Shown here: piece by piece, positions 42,471-53,208 of the stretch
Position numbering within the stretch: the first letter of the stretch is position 1
Layout of the letters: each line of letters opens with the position of its first letter
Assembly (NCBI GenBank): GCA_965198235.1
Contig: OZ240248.1
Coordinates: 3,520,001 to 3,584,000 of the forward strand
Origin: Candidatus Poribacteria bacterium
Lineage (GTDB): Bacteria > Poribacteria > WGA-4E > WGA-3G
Reading direction: 5' to 3'
Length of the DNA stretch: 64,000 nucleotides
Notes under the pieces: model-generated
Told to the model about the DNA's origin: nothing
Database searches by the model: none
The model's input: only the letters and a program-made list of their open reading frames with translations
Translations under genes and position numbers: made by a program

Positions 42471-42908
42471 ATGGCTAAATACGTAGTAGCAACCCCAGAT
42501 GAAATTCCTCCCGGTGAACGCAAAATCGTCGAAATCGGCGGGCGTTCCATCGGTATCTTTAATATTGATGGCGAATTTTTCGCTATCCGTAATAGCTGCC
42601 CACATCAAGGCGGACCCTTGTGCAGTGGGTTGGTCACTGGATTTTTAGAGTCCCCCGCGCCGGGCGACTATAACTACACCCGCCAAGGTGAAATTCTCCG
42701 ATGCCCATGGCACAGTTGGGAATTCGACATCAGAACAGGACAATCTTGGTGGAGTCCCGCGCAGCGACGCGTCAGAAGATACGAAGTCCAGGTCGAGAGC
42801 GGTGAGAACATCGAAGCATCCAACTCTGGACGCGAAAAAGGTCCCTATGTCGCCGACACGTTTCCGGTCACCGTCGAACAAAAGTACGTCGTCATTGAAA
42901 TCGACTAA
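42471..42908 (+). CDS. Rieske [2Fe-2S] ferredoxin
   Basis: CPHQGGPL and CPWHSWEFD. Confidence 0.92.
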   Translation: MAKYVVATPDEIPPGERKIVEIGGRSIGIFNIDGEFFAIRNSCPHQGGPLCSGLVTGFLESPAPGDYNYTRQGEILRCPWHSWEFDIRTGQSWWSPAQRRVRRYEVQVESGENIEASNSGREKGPYVADTFPVTVEQKYVVIEID

Positions 42909-43712
42909 CTAATCCTCTTCCTCTAACCCATCGATTAATTTTTCCTGATCGCCGGGAGAGTAGAAATACGAACCCGGTTTCCACTCACCAATATCTCCGA
43001 TTAACCTGCGCTGCCGCTGCGTGCATCGCTCCATAAGTTCAGGCGATGCCTTTTCATAGTCAAATGGGCGGAAACATTGATGGCTGTAGCAATAGATTAA
43101 GGTCTTCCGAGACTGTTGCGAACGGTTTCCGACAACGCCGTGCCACATCGCATGTGGGAAGACCGCTGCATCCCCCGCTTTCACACACAGCTGCACCGCT
43201 TCGGGGATATAGGGACCGTCTTTGATGCCTGTTTCAGGAAAAGTCCGGTTGTGGCTCCCCGGCACAACAGTGAAGTTTCCACTGTCTGGACTCTCAAGAT
43301 CCGTCAAGAAATAATGGATTTTGACTTGCAGTGGTGAACTCGATCTACTGACCCGAATGGTTCGCATCGCCTGCCCACCGTCCGTATGCAGATACCCTTG
43401 ATCTTTCGGATTCGGTGGTCGAACGATGACCTCCGACATACTCAATTGGATGTAGTCACCTATCAATTCACGCACGATCGGAAATGTCACCGGATGATCC
43501 ATCAGATCGACGAAAATGTCATTGTCTTCCATCACATTTCGCTTGTCGAAAACAGAATCGGCAGTGACGTTTTCGCCTTTCCGAAACTCCGCATCCATTT
43601 CATCTACCGTTGCTATCAATGCTTGGATTTCTTCAGGAGAGATCGCCTCTTTCAAAATGAGGTAACCCTCTGTTTTCCACTGCTTACGCTGATCCTTCGT
43701 TAAAATTCCCAT
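42909..43712 (-). CDS. Phytanoyl-CoA dioxygenase (PhyH) family Fe(II)/2OG enzyme
   Basis: EGYLIL, HTD, VVPGSH, AGDA..WHG..N.S..R. Confidence 0.88.
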   Translation of the reverse strand: MGILTKDQRKQWKTEGYLILKEAISPEEIQALIATVDEMDAEFRKGENVTADSVFDKRNVMEDNDIFVDLMDHPVTFPIVRELIGDYIQLSMSEVIVRPPNPKDQGYLHTDGGQAMRTIRVSRSSSPLQVKIHYFLTDLESPDSGNFTVVPGSHNRTFPETGIKDGPYIPEAVQLCVKAGDAAVFPHAMWHGVVGNRSQQSRKTLIYCYSHQCFRPFDYEKASPELMERCTQRQRRLIGDIGEWKPGSYFYSPGDQEKLIDGLEEED

Positions 43713-43986
43713 CTTTACATAACCTCTATAAACGTAAATATCTCGGCAACACCTATGGGGGGTTGCAACTCCGACCTTTCTAAGAAACTGAATGTCCCGC
43801 TATTAGATAATAAAATAGATGACAAATAAATTCGTGTCAAGTAAAATAAATAAGACTTACACAGTTGGTTGATAAGTCCCCTGATAAGCGGATTTAGGGG
43901 GTTAAAAATCAAAAAATCTCGCGCTCCATGCTAATTTGCATAGGTCCTGATAAAAATAGGGCTATTTTAACAGAAGGGAGACTTGA

Positions 43987-45497
43987 TGATGCAAACGAAT
44001 TCACATTTAAAGGAAAGCCACAAACTGACCGACGCGCAGATGCGGGAATTTATTGTGAACGGACACCTCACTGTCCGAGCGGATCTGCCGCGGAGTTTCC
44101 ACGAAACCATCTACCGCAAGACAGAGGAACTCACGGCGAAAGAAGGGAACTTAGGGAACAATATTTTGCCGCGCGTCCCCGAATTGCAAGCCGTTTTTGA
44201 GGAACCTGTTGTCCGTGGTGCATTTACGAGTATTTTGGGCGAGAATTACGTCATGCATTCCCATCGGCATCCGCATCAGAATCGTCCCCACAGTGATGGG
44301 CAGGGATTCCATAAGGATAGTTACTGGGGCTATCAAAAGGTCCGGCACCACTGTCCGCGCTGGGCGATGGCGTTCTACTATCCGCAGGACTCACCACTCA
44401 AAATCGGACCCTCGGCTGTCTTACCCGGAACGCAGTACTATGACACGCGTATCACTAAGGATAACGATGGTGAATTGGCAGTCAGTGGGGAAGCAGGCAC
44501 CCTAACGATTATCCACTTCGACCTCTGGCATCGCGCCATGGCAAACCTAACCGACAAAACACGTTACATGATGAAGTTCCAGTTTGTTCGGATGGACGCA
44601 CCACGGGCACCGGAGTGGAACGTAACGGATCCGAACTGGAAACTGGAGGACGTTGATCCAGCAACCCCCGTGCATCAAAGCACGTGGCGGCATGTCTGGA
44701 ATTGGATGGCAGGAGAGTCTAACGAGAATTCTGTCCAATCAGCCAATGGAAACTTAGCGAAACACATTGCCGCATTGGGTGATGACGATGCCGCTGTCCG
44801 TTCCCGTGCCGCCGATGACTTGGGGACATTGGGTGAATCCGGAGCAGAGGCGATTCCGCTCCTCATCCAAGCACTGTGTGATGTTTATGAACCTGTCCGC
44901 TTGAACGCCGCGTATGCACTTGGATCGATTGGTGCACCGGCTGTTCCCCAACTCATTGAAACACTCGGGGTTGAAGACCCAGTCATGCGACGAATGGCAG
45001 CGTACGCACTCGCTGCGGTCGGTGCACCCGCTGTATTTGCCTTGAGCGAGGCGTTACAACATACTGAAGATGCCGTTCGCGTCGAAGCCGCCTACGCTTT
45101 AGCACAAATAGGGAATCCAGCGGCATCTGTTATTCCGGCATTGATGGAACGCACAAAGGATGAATGCGTTGAGGTCCGTCGCTATCTCGCAGAAGCCTTC
45201 GGCGGCTTAGGACCCATTGCCGCTCCCGCTGTGCCTGTCCTGACCGATATGCTCGCAAGCGATGACGATGGACACGCGCGGTTTGAGGCAGCGTTAGCAT
45301 TAGCACAGATTGGACCCGCCGCAAGCGATGCCATTCCAGTGCTGGCGAAGGCATTCAGTGATGAAAACCGGTATGTCCGAGACAACGCCGTCTTGGCACT
45401 GAAACGAATCGACACCCCAGAAGCGGAGTCAGCACTGTTTGACTACTTACTGATGGCGCGATGGTGTCCGATTACAAATCGTGAAAGCACATTCTAA
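43987..45497 (+). CDS. PhyH-family dioxygenase fused to HEAT (PBS lyase-like) repeats
   Basis: FHKD, VLPGTQ, DLWHRA, then seven or so VR..AA.ALG HEAT repeats; start lies within 43983-43989. Confidence 0.8.
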
Positions 45498-45654
45498 GGC
45501 ACCTGTATATTCGCTGGCGAGGTTGCAACCTCGCCCTCTTGTCCCCCTGATAAGGGGGATTTAGGGGGTTGGGGTTAGGGTGGTTGTTTGCTAATCGAGG
45601 GTGTATAAGTAATTACAGAATTCACTATAAATTCATAAAATAAAGGCTTCGCTT

Positions 45655-46806
45655 ATGAACTATGAACTCATCATTAAAAACGGAACCGTCGTCGATCCCG
45701 CGCAGGGCATCCATGCGCGCAAAGATGTGGCATTCGCGAACGGACGCGTCTCAGCAATCAGCGACGATATACCGACATCTGGGGCACGGGAAATATTAGA
45801 TGCCGAAGGATGTTTCGTTACACCCGGCTTAATCGACTTGCACGTGCATGTCTTCTACGGTGTAAGCCATTTCGGGATTGAACCCGATCCTACCTGCTTG
45901 GCACGCGGCGCAACGACAGTCGTCGATGCGGGTTCAGCGGGAGCAGACACGTTTCCGGGTTTCCGTAAATATGTTATTGACGTGAGTGACACACGCATCC
46001 TCGCGCAGTTGAACATCTCCTCACAAGGCATGCTTACGCAAGAAATCGGAGAGTTGGAAAACCCTGACTATGCAGATGTCGGAAAAGCGTGTCAAATGAT
46101 TGAACAGCACCGCGATATTATTTTAGGGGTCAAGGTCCGTTTGACGCGGGAAACTATTGTCGGTACGAGAGCGGGTATGCAGCCGTTGCATAGGGCGCGC
46201 GAAGCCGCCGATGCCGCAGGGTTACCCCTGATGGTTCATCCACAAGACGCTTGGTGTGAGTCTATAGACGATATATTGGCACTGATGGGTGAGCGTGATA
46301 TTCTAACGCACTGCTTCCATGATATGGAGTGCGGTATCTTGGACGAAAACGGCAGGATTCGGGATTCAGTCCATGCCGCGATTGAGCGCGGCGTTATCTT
46401 CGATGTTGGACACGGTGCAGGCTCTTTCAGTTGGGATGTCGTTCAGAAGGCGATGTCGCAGGGCGTTGAACCGACGACAATCTCGTCCGACTTGCACATC
46501 TATAACGTCCACGGTCCCGTGTACGATCTCGTGAATGTCGTCAACAAATTCCTGTATCTCGGTATGTCGCTTGACGATGCCTTGGCGAAGGTCACGAGCA
46601 TTCCCGCAGAAACCATTCTGATGCCGGGGCAGGTCGGTACGTTAGGTGTCGATGCATGGGGAGATGCGGTGATTTTTGAACTTCGCGAGGGTGAATTCCA
46701 ACTCGTAGATGCCCATGATCAGGTGAGAGTCGGCAAACAGATATTGGAACCTGTCGTCGTTGTCAAAGGCGGACAGGTATATCGCCAACGCCGAACTCAC
46801 GGTTAA
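45655..46806 (+). CDS. Amidohydrolase/deacetylase family metallohydrolase (dihydroorotase-like)
   Basis: PGLIDLHVH, GATTVVDAGSAG, GVKVR, THCFH, DVGHGAGSF, ISSDLH. Confidence 0.88.
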   Translation: MNYELIIKNGTVVDPAQGIHARKDVAFANGRVSAISDDIPTSGAREILDAEGCFVTPGLIDLHVHVFYGVSHFGIEPDPTCLARGATTVVDAGSAGADTFPGFRKYVIDVSDTRILAQLNISSQGMLTQEIGELENPDYADVGKACQMIEQHRDIILGVKVRLTRETIVGTRAGMQPLHRAREAADAAGLPLMVHPQDAWCESIDDILALMGERDILTHCFHDMECGILDENGRIRDSVHAAIERGVIFDVGHGAGSFSWDVVQKAMSQGVEPTTISSDLHIYNVHGPVYDLVNVVNKFLYLGMSLDDALAKVTSIPAETILMPGQVGTLGVDAWGDAVIFELREGEFQLVDAHDQVRVGKQILEPVVVVKGGQVYRQRRTHG

Positions 46807-47225
46807 GTCTACAGACATATTGCTCCGCTGGAGCAAGGAGAACCCCGTAGGAGGGCTGTAAGGCACTCATGAGATTATACGCCTCCTCACGCCAGATGAA
46901 GTTTAAAAAATAAATCAGGTAACCTTGGTCCACGCGACGTGCGATGAATCGCACTACTACAAACGGCTTTGCTTGTCGTCGGAAAACCATTTATAGAATA
47001 TCCCGGAATTACCCGTTTATAGTAAAGCCCATAATTACTTGGACATTGTCAGTAGGCGAGTTTACTAGAGGAAACACCCAAGCAAAAACACCTCGCCAGC
47101 GGTGGTGCGGGATTCGTTTGCTGAACAACTGTCTACATATTTTCGGGCTTTACTATACATTCTTAATCTTCATGAGGCGTGATATGTCTATAGAAACTGA
47201 TGGCTGACCGCTGAAAGCAAATCCA

Positions 47226-48830
47226 CTACGGATGCTGTTCTCCCGCCTTCGGTTTCTCCTTTGGTGCATTAGAATCCGGTCCAAAGCGGATATGGAGTGC
47301 CGCACCCGGAGCGTGTGCCTTTCCATAAAGCACGTGTTTCATACCCCAAAAGACAATTGTCGATCCTACCAACACGACGATACCCCAGGTCGATGTCCGC
47401 CAGACCCATTCATTGAACGAAAAGAGACTACCCGTCTGTTTCGGGACCGCCAGTGGACCGAGTGCCATCAGCACGGTACAGATAATCGCGTTGAGCGTAA
47501 TCACACCTTCTGTCACCAGACGATGTGGACTAAAGCCGACTAAAGCGCGTTCAAAGTTGAAGATAACCATCCACCATAGAAATACGAAGTAGAGCAACTG
47601 TCCCTTCCCCAGCCAACTCGTCGGGATAAAGGCAAGCGGTTCTTGGAAATGTACCGACAAAATCCAGACACAGGCGATGCCGATGCCGATATAGAAGAGT
47701 TCAAACCAACCTATCCATCCTCTTGAATGCCGAAACCAACCGACGACAGGTAGCCCAAAAAAACGCTCCGGTAAACCTTCAACCAAATCCACCCACGTTC
47801 CTGCTGCCTTCCGATAATTGACGTAGGTCAAAGCGATGAGCACACAGAACACAGCGAATATTTCCATCCATGGTGGCAGATTTGGATTGGTTTCTAAGAG
47901 GGGTGCTCGGTTAAGAAGGAGACCGAACGGTATCGCAATACCGAGTCCGAATAACAAGCCTTGTGTCTGCTCCATAACGCTATGCCAGTTCGTTTGGAGT
48001 CCCGTTCGGATGTAGATGAGTTTCAGCAATTGTCCAAATGAAAACGCAATACCGCCTCCGAAACCTGTCATCAGGGTAGCGAAAGCCACGCCGCTGAGTT
48101 CATAACGCCAGCAGTACCCCAAGACCCCGATGACCATACCGACACAACCTGCCCAGTTGTCACCACGCGGCGGTGTCATGCGGAGACGGAAGACGTTTAC
48201 CAGCAACAAAAACGCGCCGAACCAGCCGATACCCATGTAGAGGACGAGTGAGGTGCCCATGTCCAAACCCCCGCGGAAGAGCGCGACAATAAGTGCCGCG
48301 ACTATCGCTACCAGGGCGGACACCCAATCCGTGTCGTACCAATACAGTGGACTCTCGTGCCGTTGCATCCGTTTCGGTGCGAGAATCCGGTCAATGATGA
48401 CAGCCTGAAGCGACCAACCGATGAAGACTGCCGCGATTGGCGCAAAGAGGAGAGACAATTGGCTATGCGTTAGGAACGCAGGAAGCGCAGTTCCGGCACC
48501 GCCAAGGGCTGCCCACAGGAATCCGATAGCGAACAGATTCGCAAACCCGTAAAACACCGTTAGTGAGTGCGGAGAATGACTGTACCCGACGACCATCATG
48601 TATGACATACTTCCACCGAAGGACCACCCGATTGCACCGAACAACGCGAAGTAGTGAACGTGCCGCCACCAGTCCTCTCGTCCAGAGAGCAGGGCAATTG
48701 CCATCCCCGCGAGCGCGCCAGCGAGTGCCGCACCATATTCATGCCCGAAGTTGCCGCGTATTCCCCAACCAACACAGACGGATAAACCACATAGAAGTAC
48801 CATTTGCCACGGGATAATTGCCATGTCCAT
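47226..48830 (-). CDS. Conserved polytopic membrane hypothetical protein
   Basis: GWGIRGNFGHEYGA, GGSMSY, DNWAG and NWH..MEQ motifs; many TM helices. Confidence 0.75.
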   Translation of the reverse strand: MDMAIIPWQMVLLCGLSVCVGWGIRGNFGHEYGAALAGALAGMAIALLSGREDWWRHVHYFALFGAIGWSFGGSMSYMMVVGYSHSPHSLTVFYGFANLFAIGFLWAALGGAGTALPAFLTHSQLSLLFAPIAAVFIGWSLQAVIIDRILAPKRMQRHESPLYWYDTDWVSALVAIVAALIVALFRGGLDMGTSLVLYMGIGWFGAFLLLVNVFRLRMTPPRGDNWAGCVGMVIGVLGYCWRYELSGVAFATLMTGFGGGIAFSFGQLLKLIYIRTGLQTNWHSVMEQTQGLLFGLGIAIPFGLLLNRAPLLETNPNLPPWMEIFAVFCVLIALTYVNYRKAAGTWVDLVEGLPERFFGLPVVGWFRHSRGWIGWFELFYIGIGIACVWILSVHFQEPLAFIPTSWLGKGQLLYFVFLWWMVIFNFERALVGFSPHRLVTEGVITLNAIICTVLMALGPLAVPKQTGSLFSFNEWVWRTSTWGIVVLVGSTIVFWGMKHVLYGKAHAPGAALHIRFGPDSNAPKEKPKAGEQHP

Positions 48831-49195
48831 ATCTATAACCTCCGTTCTTCACTCACAATCTATTGCACCTATTATGAGAGGTTTCGCTTTTATTGTCAAC
48901 TTTCTGACCACGCAATCTTTATTCTTCTGTAGGAGCGAGTGTTTTTGCTTGAGGTGTTTTTGCTTAAGAAACGCCCAAGCAAAAACGGTATTTCTGCGGA
49001 TTTCCCCATGCTCGCGATTCTTTCCTAATAACTAAACAGAGCCATTCGGATTCGATTCTCTACCGACTACAGAAAAGGGACGGGAAAAAACTTTTTGAAA
49101 AAACGGGAGGGTGTGGTATAATAGAATTGTATTTCGGCGTGTTCGGTGGACGCGCTTGCAGTCATAGAGATAATAGAATTGAGAAGCGAACCGTT

Positions 49196-50314
49196 ATGCT
49201 AAAACCGAAACCCAGCATTGACACGATTCAGCCGTATCAGGGTGGTAAGCCGATTGAAGAGGTCCGACGCGAGTTGGGCATTACCGATATTATCAAACTG
49301 GCATCCAACGAAAATCCGTTAGGTCCCTCGCCGTTGGCGATGCAGGCGATCTCAGAGAGTGTCACACAGGTGCATCTCTACCCTGACGGTAACGCCTACT
49401 ACCTTAAGGAGGATCTCGCAGAATATCTCGGAATTTCTGCTGAACATCTGATTTTAGGGAACGGCTCGAATGACGTGCTACAACTCGTCGCCGAAGCATA
49501 CGTCGCCCCCGGTGATGAGGTAATCTATGCAGCTGGGGCATTCGTCGTCTATAGTCTTGTGACGAAGCTGTGCAGTGCGACAGCAGTCGTCGTGCCGATG
49601 GTTGAGCATACACACGACCTCTCTACCATGGCAGCGGCGATTACCGATAAGACGAAGGTCATCTTTGTTGCGAATCCGAACAACCCTACTGGCACGATGG
49701 TCACAGCAGACGAGACAGCGGCGTTTATGGAACGGGTGCCGGACGATGTGCTGGTCGTTTTTGACGAAGCCTATTATGAGTACGTTAACCGTTCAGACTA
49801 CCCACAGACGCTCCCTTATGTGCTGGCGGGACGGAACTTCATCATCACTCGCACCTTTTCTAAGATTTATGGGCTTGCCGGGCTGCGTATCGGATACGGT
49901 GTCGCGTCACCTCCGTTGATTGAGACGTTAAATCGGGTGCGTCAACCCTTTAATTGCAGCTTGGTCGGACAAGCGGCGGCGCGAGCGGCACTAAAGGATA
50001 CTGCACACGTTACGAGGAGCCGAGAACAGAACGCCGTCGGTAAAGCCTTTCTCTACGACGCGTTTGACGACATGGGACTCCGTTATGTCGAAAGCGAAGG
50101 CAATTTCATCATGTTGCACCTTGAACGATCGGGGGCAGACATCGCCGATGCGCTTCTGAAACAGGGAGTTATTGTGCGTCCAATTGGGGGCTACGGCTAT
50201 CCAAATGCGGTGCGCGTAACGATCGGCACACAGCAGGAAAACGAGAAATTCATCACGGCTTTGGGAGTAGTGGTCAGTCGTCAGTTATCAGTTTTGACCA
50301 GCGACTCGCTCTGA
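49196..50314 (+). CDS. hisC: Histidinol-phosphate aminotransferase
   Basis: KLASNENPLGP, NPNNPTG, DEAY, RTFSKIYGLAGLRIGY. Confidence 0.93.
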   Translation: MLKPKPSIDTIQPYQGGKPIEEVRRELGITDIIKLASNENPLGPSPLAMQAISESVTQVHLYPDGNAYYLKEDLAEYLGISAEHLILGNGSNDVLQLVAEAYVAPGDEVIYAAGAFVVYSLVTKLCSATAVVVPMVEHTHDLSTMAAAITDKTKVIFVANPNNPTGTMVTADETAAFMERVPDDVLVVFDEAYYEYVNRSDYPQTLPYVLAGRNFIITRTFSKIYGLAGLRIGYGVASPPLIETLNRVRQPFNCSLVGQAAARAALKDTAHVTRSREQNAVGKAFLYDAFDDMGLRYVESEGNFIMLHLERSGADIADALLKQGVIVRPIGGYGYPNAVRVTIGTQQENEKFITALGVVVSRQLSVLTSDSL

Positions 50315-50452
50315 TTAGATTTGTATAAGGTACGAGTTGCTGGTCAAAGTTAAGAGCAACATTGTGGTGGGCCTATTTGCGATAACTGCCACAAGGGGTG
50401 TTACTGAAAACTGTTAGCTGATAACCCTATAACAGATAAGCATTAAAAAAAT

Positions 50453-51577
50453 ATGAAAGAACTGATACAGATCAGCAACAAACGCCCTACGCGAAAAATT
50501 ATGGTGGGGACTATCCCGATCGGCGGTGGGAACCCCATCTCCATCCAGACGATGACGACGACGTTGACGCGCGATGTCGATGCCACACTGGCACAGGTGG
50601 AACGGTGTGTGGAGGCGGGTGCGCAGATTGTTCGCGTTGCTGTCCCCGAAGAACCGGACGCGAAGGCACTCGGTCCACTTGTGAGGCGCGCTCCCGTTCC
50701 GATAGTCTCAGATATCCATTTTAACTACCGATACGCACTCGCCGCGGTAGACGCGGGGGTAGCAAAGGTACGGATCAATCCTGGTAACATCGGTAATGAG
50801 GCGCGGATTGTTGAGGTTCTGTCTGCGGCGAAAGCGGCGAATATCCCCATCCGTATCGGGGTCAATGAGGGTTCACTGGAGCGGGATCTTTTAGAGAAAT
50901 ATCCGTCGCCGACAGCGGAGGCGTTGGTAGAAAGTGCGATGCGGCACGTCAATATTTGTGAGGAGCACGATTTCAGAGACATCGCGATCTCCGTGAAGTC
51001 GAGCGATCCACTTCGGATGATAGAGGCGAACCGTCAGTTTTCAGCGAAAGTCCCGTATCCGTTACATCTCGGTGTGACGGAAGCCGGGACACCTCGACGC
51101 TCGCATGTCAAGTCGACACTCGGCATTGGGACGCTCTTGCTGGAGGGGATTGGTGACACCATCCGCATCTCGATTACCGGCGACCCGGTTGAGGAGGTTT
51201 TGACCGCTAAAGAACTCCTTCGAGCATTGGGTATGGCGGATGATATGTTAGACGTTGTTTCCTGCCCGTTCTGCGGTCGTGGGGACCCCACGGCGGATTA
51301 TGAGAACATTGTGGCTGTCGCTGAGGAGCTTTTAGAGAAACACGGCATCAAAATCCCAGTTGCCGTGATGGGGTGTGAAGTTAACGGGCCCGGTGAGACG
51401 CGCAACGCTGAGGTCGGCATCCATTTGGGTGGCAAGGAGCTTGCCGTTCTAAAGGTTCGCGGTGAACGGGTACGCACCTTCCGAGGGAAAGACGAGGTCA
51501 ACCCGGAATTTTTAGCGAATGCTTTGTTAGAAGCGGCACAACAGTTGGAGGCAGTTCAAACCGATAAAGCCGTGTAG
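50453..51577 (+). CDS. ispG: (E)-4-hydroxy-3-methylbut-2-enyl-diphosphate synthase
   Basis: DIHF, RINPGN, RIGVN.GSL, HLGVTEAG, SCPFCGR, MGCEVNGPGE. Confidence 0.95.
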   Translation: MKELIQISNKRPTRKIMVGTIPIGGGNPISIQTMTTTLTRDVDATLAQVERCVEAGAQIVRVAVPEEPDAKALGPLVRRAPVPIVSDIHFNYRYALAAVDAGVAKVRINPGNIGNEARIVEVLSAAKAANIPIRIGVNEGSLERDLLEKYPSPTAEALVESAMRHVNICEEHDFRDIAISVKSSDPLRMIEANRQFSAKVPYPLHLGVTEAGTPRRSHVKSTLGIGTLLLEGIGDTIRISITGDPVEEVLTAKELLRALGMADDMLDVVSCPFCGRGDPTADYENIVAVAEELLEKHGIKIPVAVMGCEVNGPGETRNAEVGIHLGGKELAVLKVRGERVRTFRGKDEVNPEFLANALLEAAQQLEAVQTDKAV

Positions 51578-51581
51578 AAAA

Positions 51582-53102
51582 ATGAAACACTTACAACAGC
51601 AGATCCAAAAAGCGATTCGATTAATTCCTGTCCAGATTGGGTTGCTCGCGCTATTTTTCGTAGTTTACCATATATTCTTGTATTACGTCATGCGCGAGAT
51701 GTCTATCAAGCTCGGTGCGGTGCGGTTTGGAAGACACATTTTTCCCCTTTATGCCGAACCGAGTTTCGACTTGAGTTGGTGGATATTGCCTGCCCTCGCG
51801 GTGTGTATCGGTTTTCTGTATCTCTGTCACAGGTACCTGCTTTCAGGTGCAGACGGTCGTCGATTAATCGGGATAGCGGTTATCTGCTTCCTTGCGATTC
51901 ATATCAGCGTTGCCCAAATTGATGGCTACCGAGAGTTAGAACAAGATGGCAAAACAGAACGGGTCTTAACGCTTTTAGAGCCGTATACGCGGACTTCATT
52001 GGAGTATTATGGCGATGTGCCACGAATTGACGAACTTGGACTCCGCACGTTTCTACGGGATTATAGCAAACCGGAATTGTTTGATACCCTTTCAGGTCAC
52101 GCACGTACCCATCCGCCGGGGGGTGTGGTTTTTTTGTGGTTTGTTAGTAAAATCTTCGGTTACAATCTCGTATCGGCATCGTTGCTCTCGATTCTCTTCA
52201 CTGCGATTACAGTAATACCGATCTATCGTCTCGCCGAACACCTCTACGGCGAAAAAGCTGGACGGTATGCGCTTCTCCTTTTTCTCATCACCCCTAACTT
52301 TGTGATGTTCACCGGCACGTCAATGGACGGCCCCTTCAGTGTCTTCCCAATCCTGAGCGTTTACCTGTTTTATAAAGCACGAGATCAAGAAACCATACCC
52401 GACCAGGTGTGGTATAAATTTCGACCTTATAGCTTATTGACGGGGGTTTCGCTTGCGCTTGGGATGTTCATGACGTATGCAACGGTAGTTGTCGGGGTAT
52501 TTTTGTGTGTTCTCGCCTTACTGGAGCGGAAGCGGTTCGGACAGTATCTGAAGGTCTTGCTGTTCGCGGCTTTGGGATTTGTCGGATTTTATCTGTTGCT
52601 TTTTGTCCTGACTGGGTTCGATCCAATCGAGGCACTTTGGGCAGCTATCAAAAAAGATGAGAAGGGCATGGGGACGGGTTATGAAAGCATTGGGCGTTAT
52701 TTCCACCTGAGTTTCGCGAACCTGTTTGCGTTCCTCATCGGCGTAGGGCTACCGATAACGACCGTCTGGCTTCGGGAAGTCGTAGCAGCGTTGAAGGAGT
52801 GGCGGCAGAATACTCGCTCGTCTGAACAGGAGAGCAGTGGAACTCGTATCCCTTGGATATTGCGCCATGATGAAGCGTTAGACACGTTCGTCATCGGTTT
52901 CCTAATCACGCTTCTCTACTTCACATTCTCTACACTGTTTACGATGGAGGTTGAGCGGATATGGATTTTCATGGTGCCATTTTTCGTTATTCCGGTCGCT
53001 AAACACCTCACGGCGCGTCCGATGTCAGATCTCTATTGGGTCGCGGGTGTCCTCGTTGTGCAGCTTATCGTGGGGGAAGCCCTGCTCTATACGTATTGGT
53101 AG
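51582..53102 (+). CDS. GT-C fold membrane glycosyltransferase (PMT/GT39-like)
   Basis: THPPG loop motif, SMD, EVERIW; many TM helices. Confidence 0.65.
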   Translation: MKHLQQQIQKAIRLIPVQIGLLALFFVVYHIFLYYVMREMSIKLGAVRFGRHIFPLYAEPSFDLSWWILPALAVCIGFLYLCHRYLLSGADGRRLIGIAVICFLAIHISVAQIDGYRELEQDGKTERVLTLLEPYTRTSLEYYGDVPRIDELGLRTFLRDYSKPELFDTLSGHARTHPPGGVVFLWFVSKIFGYNLVSASLLSILFTAITVIPIYRLAEHLYGEKAGRYALLLFLITPNFVMFTGTSMDGPFSVFPILSVYLFYKARDQETIPDQVWYKFRPYSLLTGVSLALGMFMTYATVVVGVFLCVLALLERKRFGQYLKVLLFAALGFVGFYLLLFVLTGFDPIEALWAAIKKDEKGMGTGYESIGRYFHLSFANLFAFLIGVGLPITTVWLREVVAALKEWRQNTRSSEQESSGTRIPWILRHDEALDTFVIGFLITLLYFTFSTLFTMEVERIWIFMVPFFVIPVAKHLTARPMSDLYWVAGVLVVQLIVGEALLYTYW

Positions 53103-53208
53103 GGAGTGGCTGTCGATCGTAAGTCCCAAGCAACGCGCCGGGACGAATGGACGCCGAGGCACGTTTTAACACGACCCACCTCATCGAACCGCAAGGAAAA
53201 TTAAAAAA

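Noticed and set aside
53103-53200. Possible riboswitch or ribozyme between the two glycosyltransferase genes
   Set aside because: A hairpin is drawable (TCCC/GGGA), but I recognise no family core motif; an Rfam scan is needed
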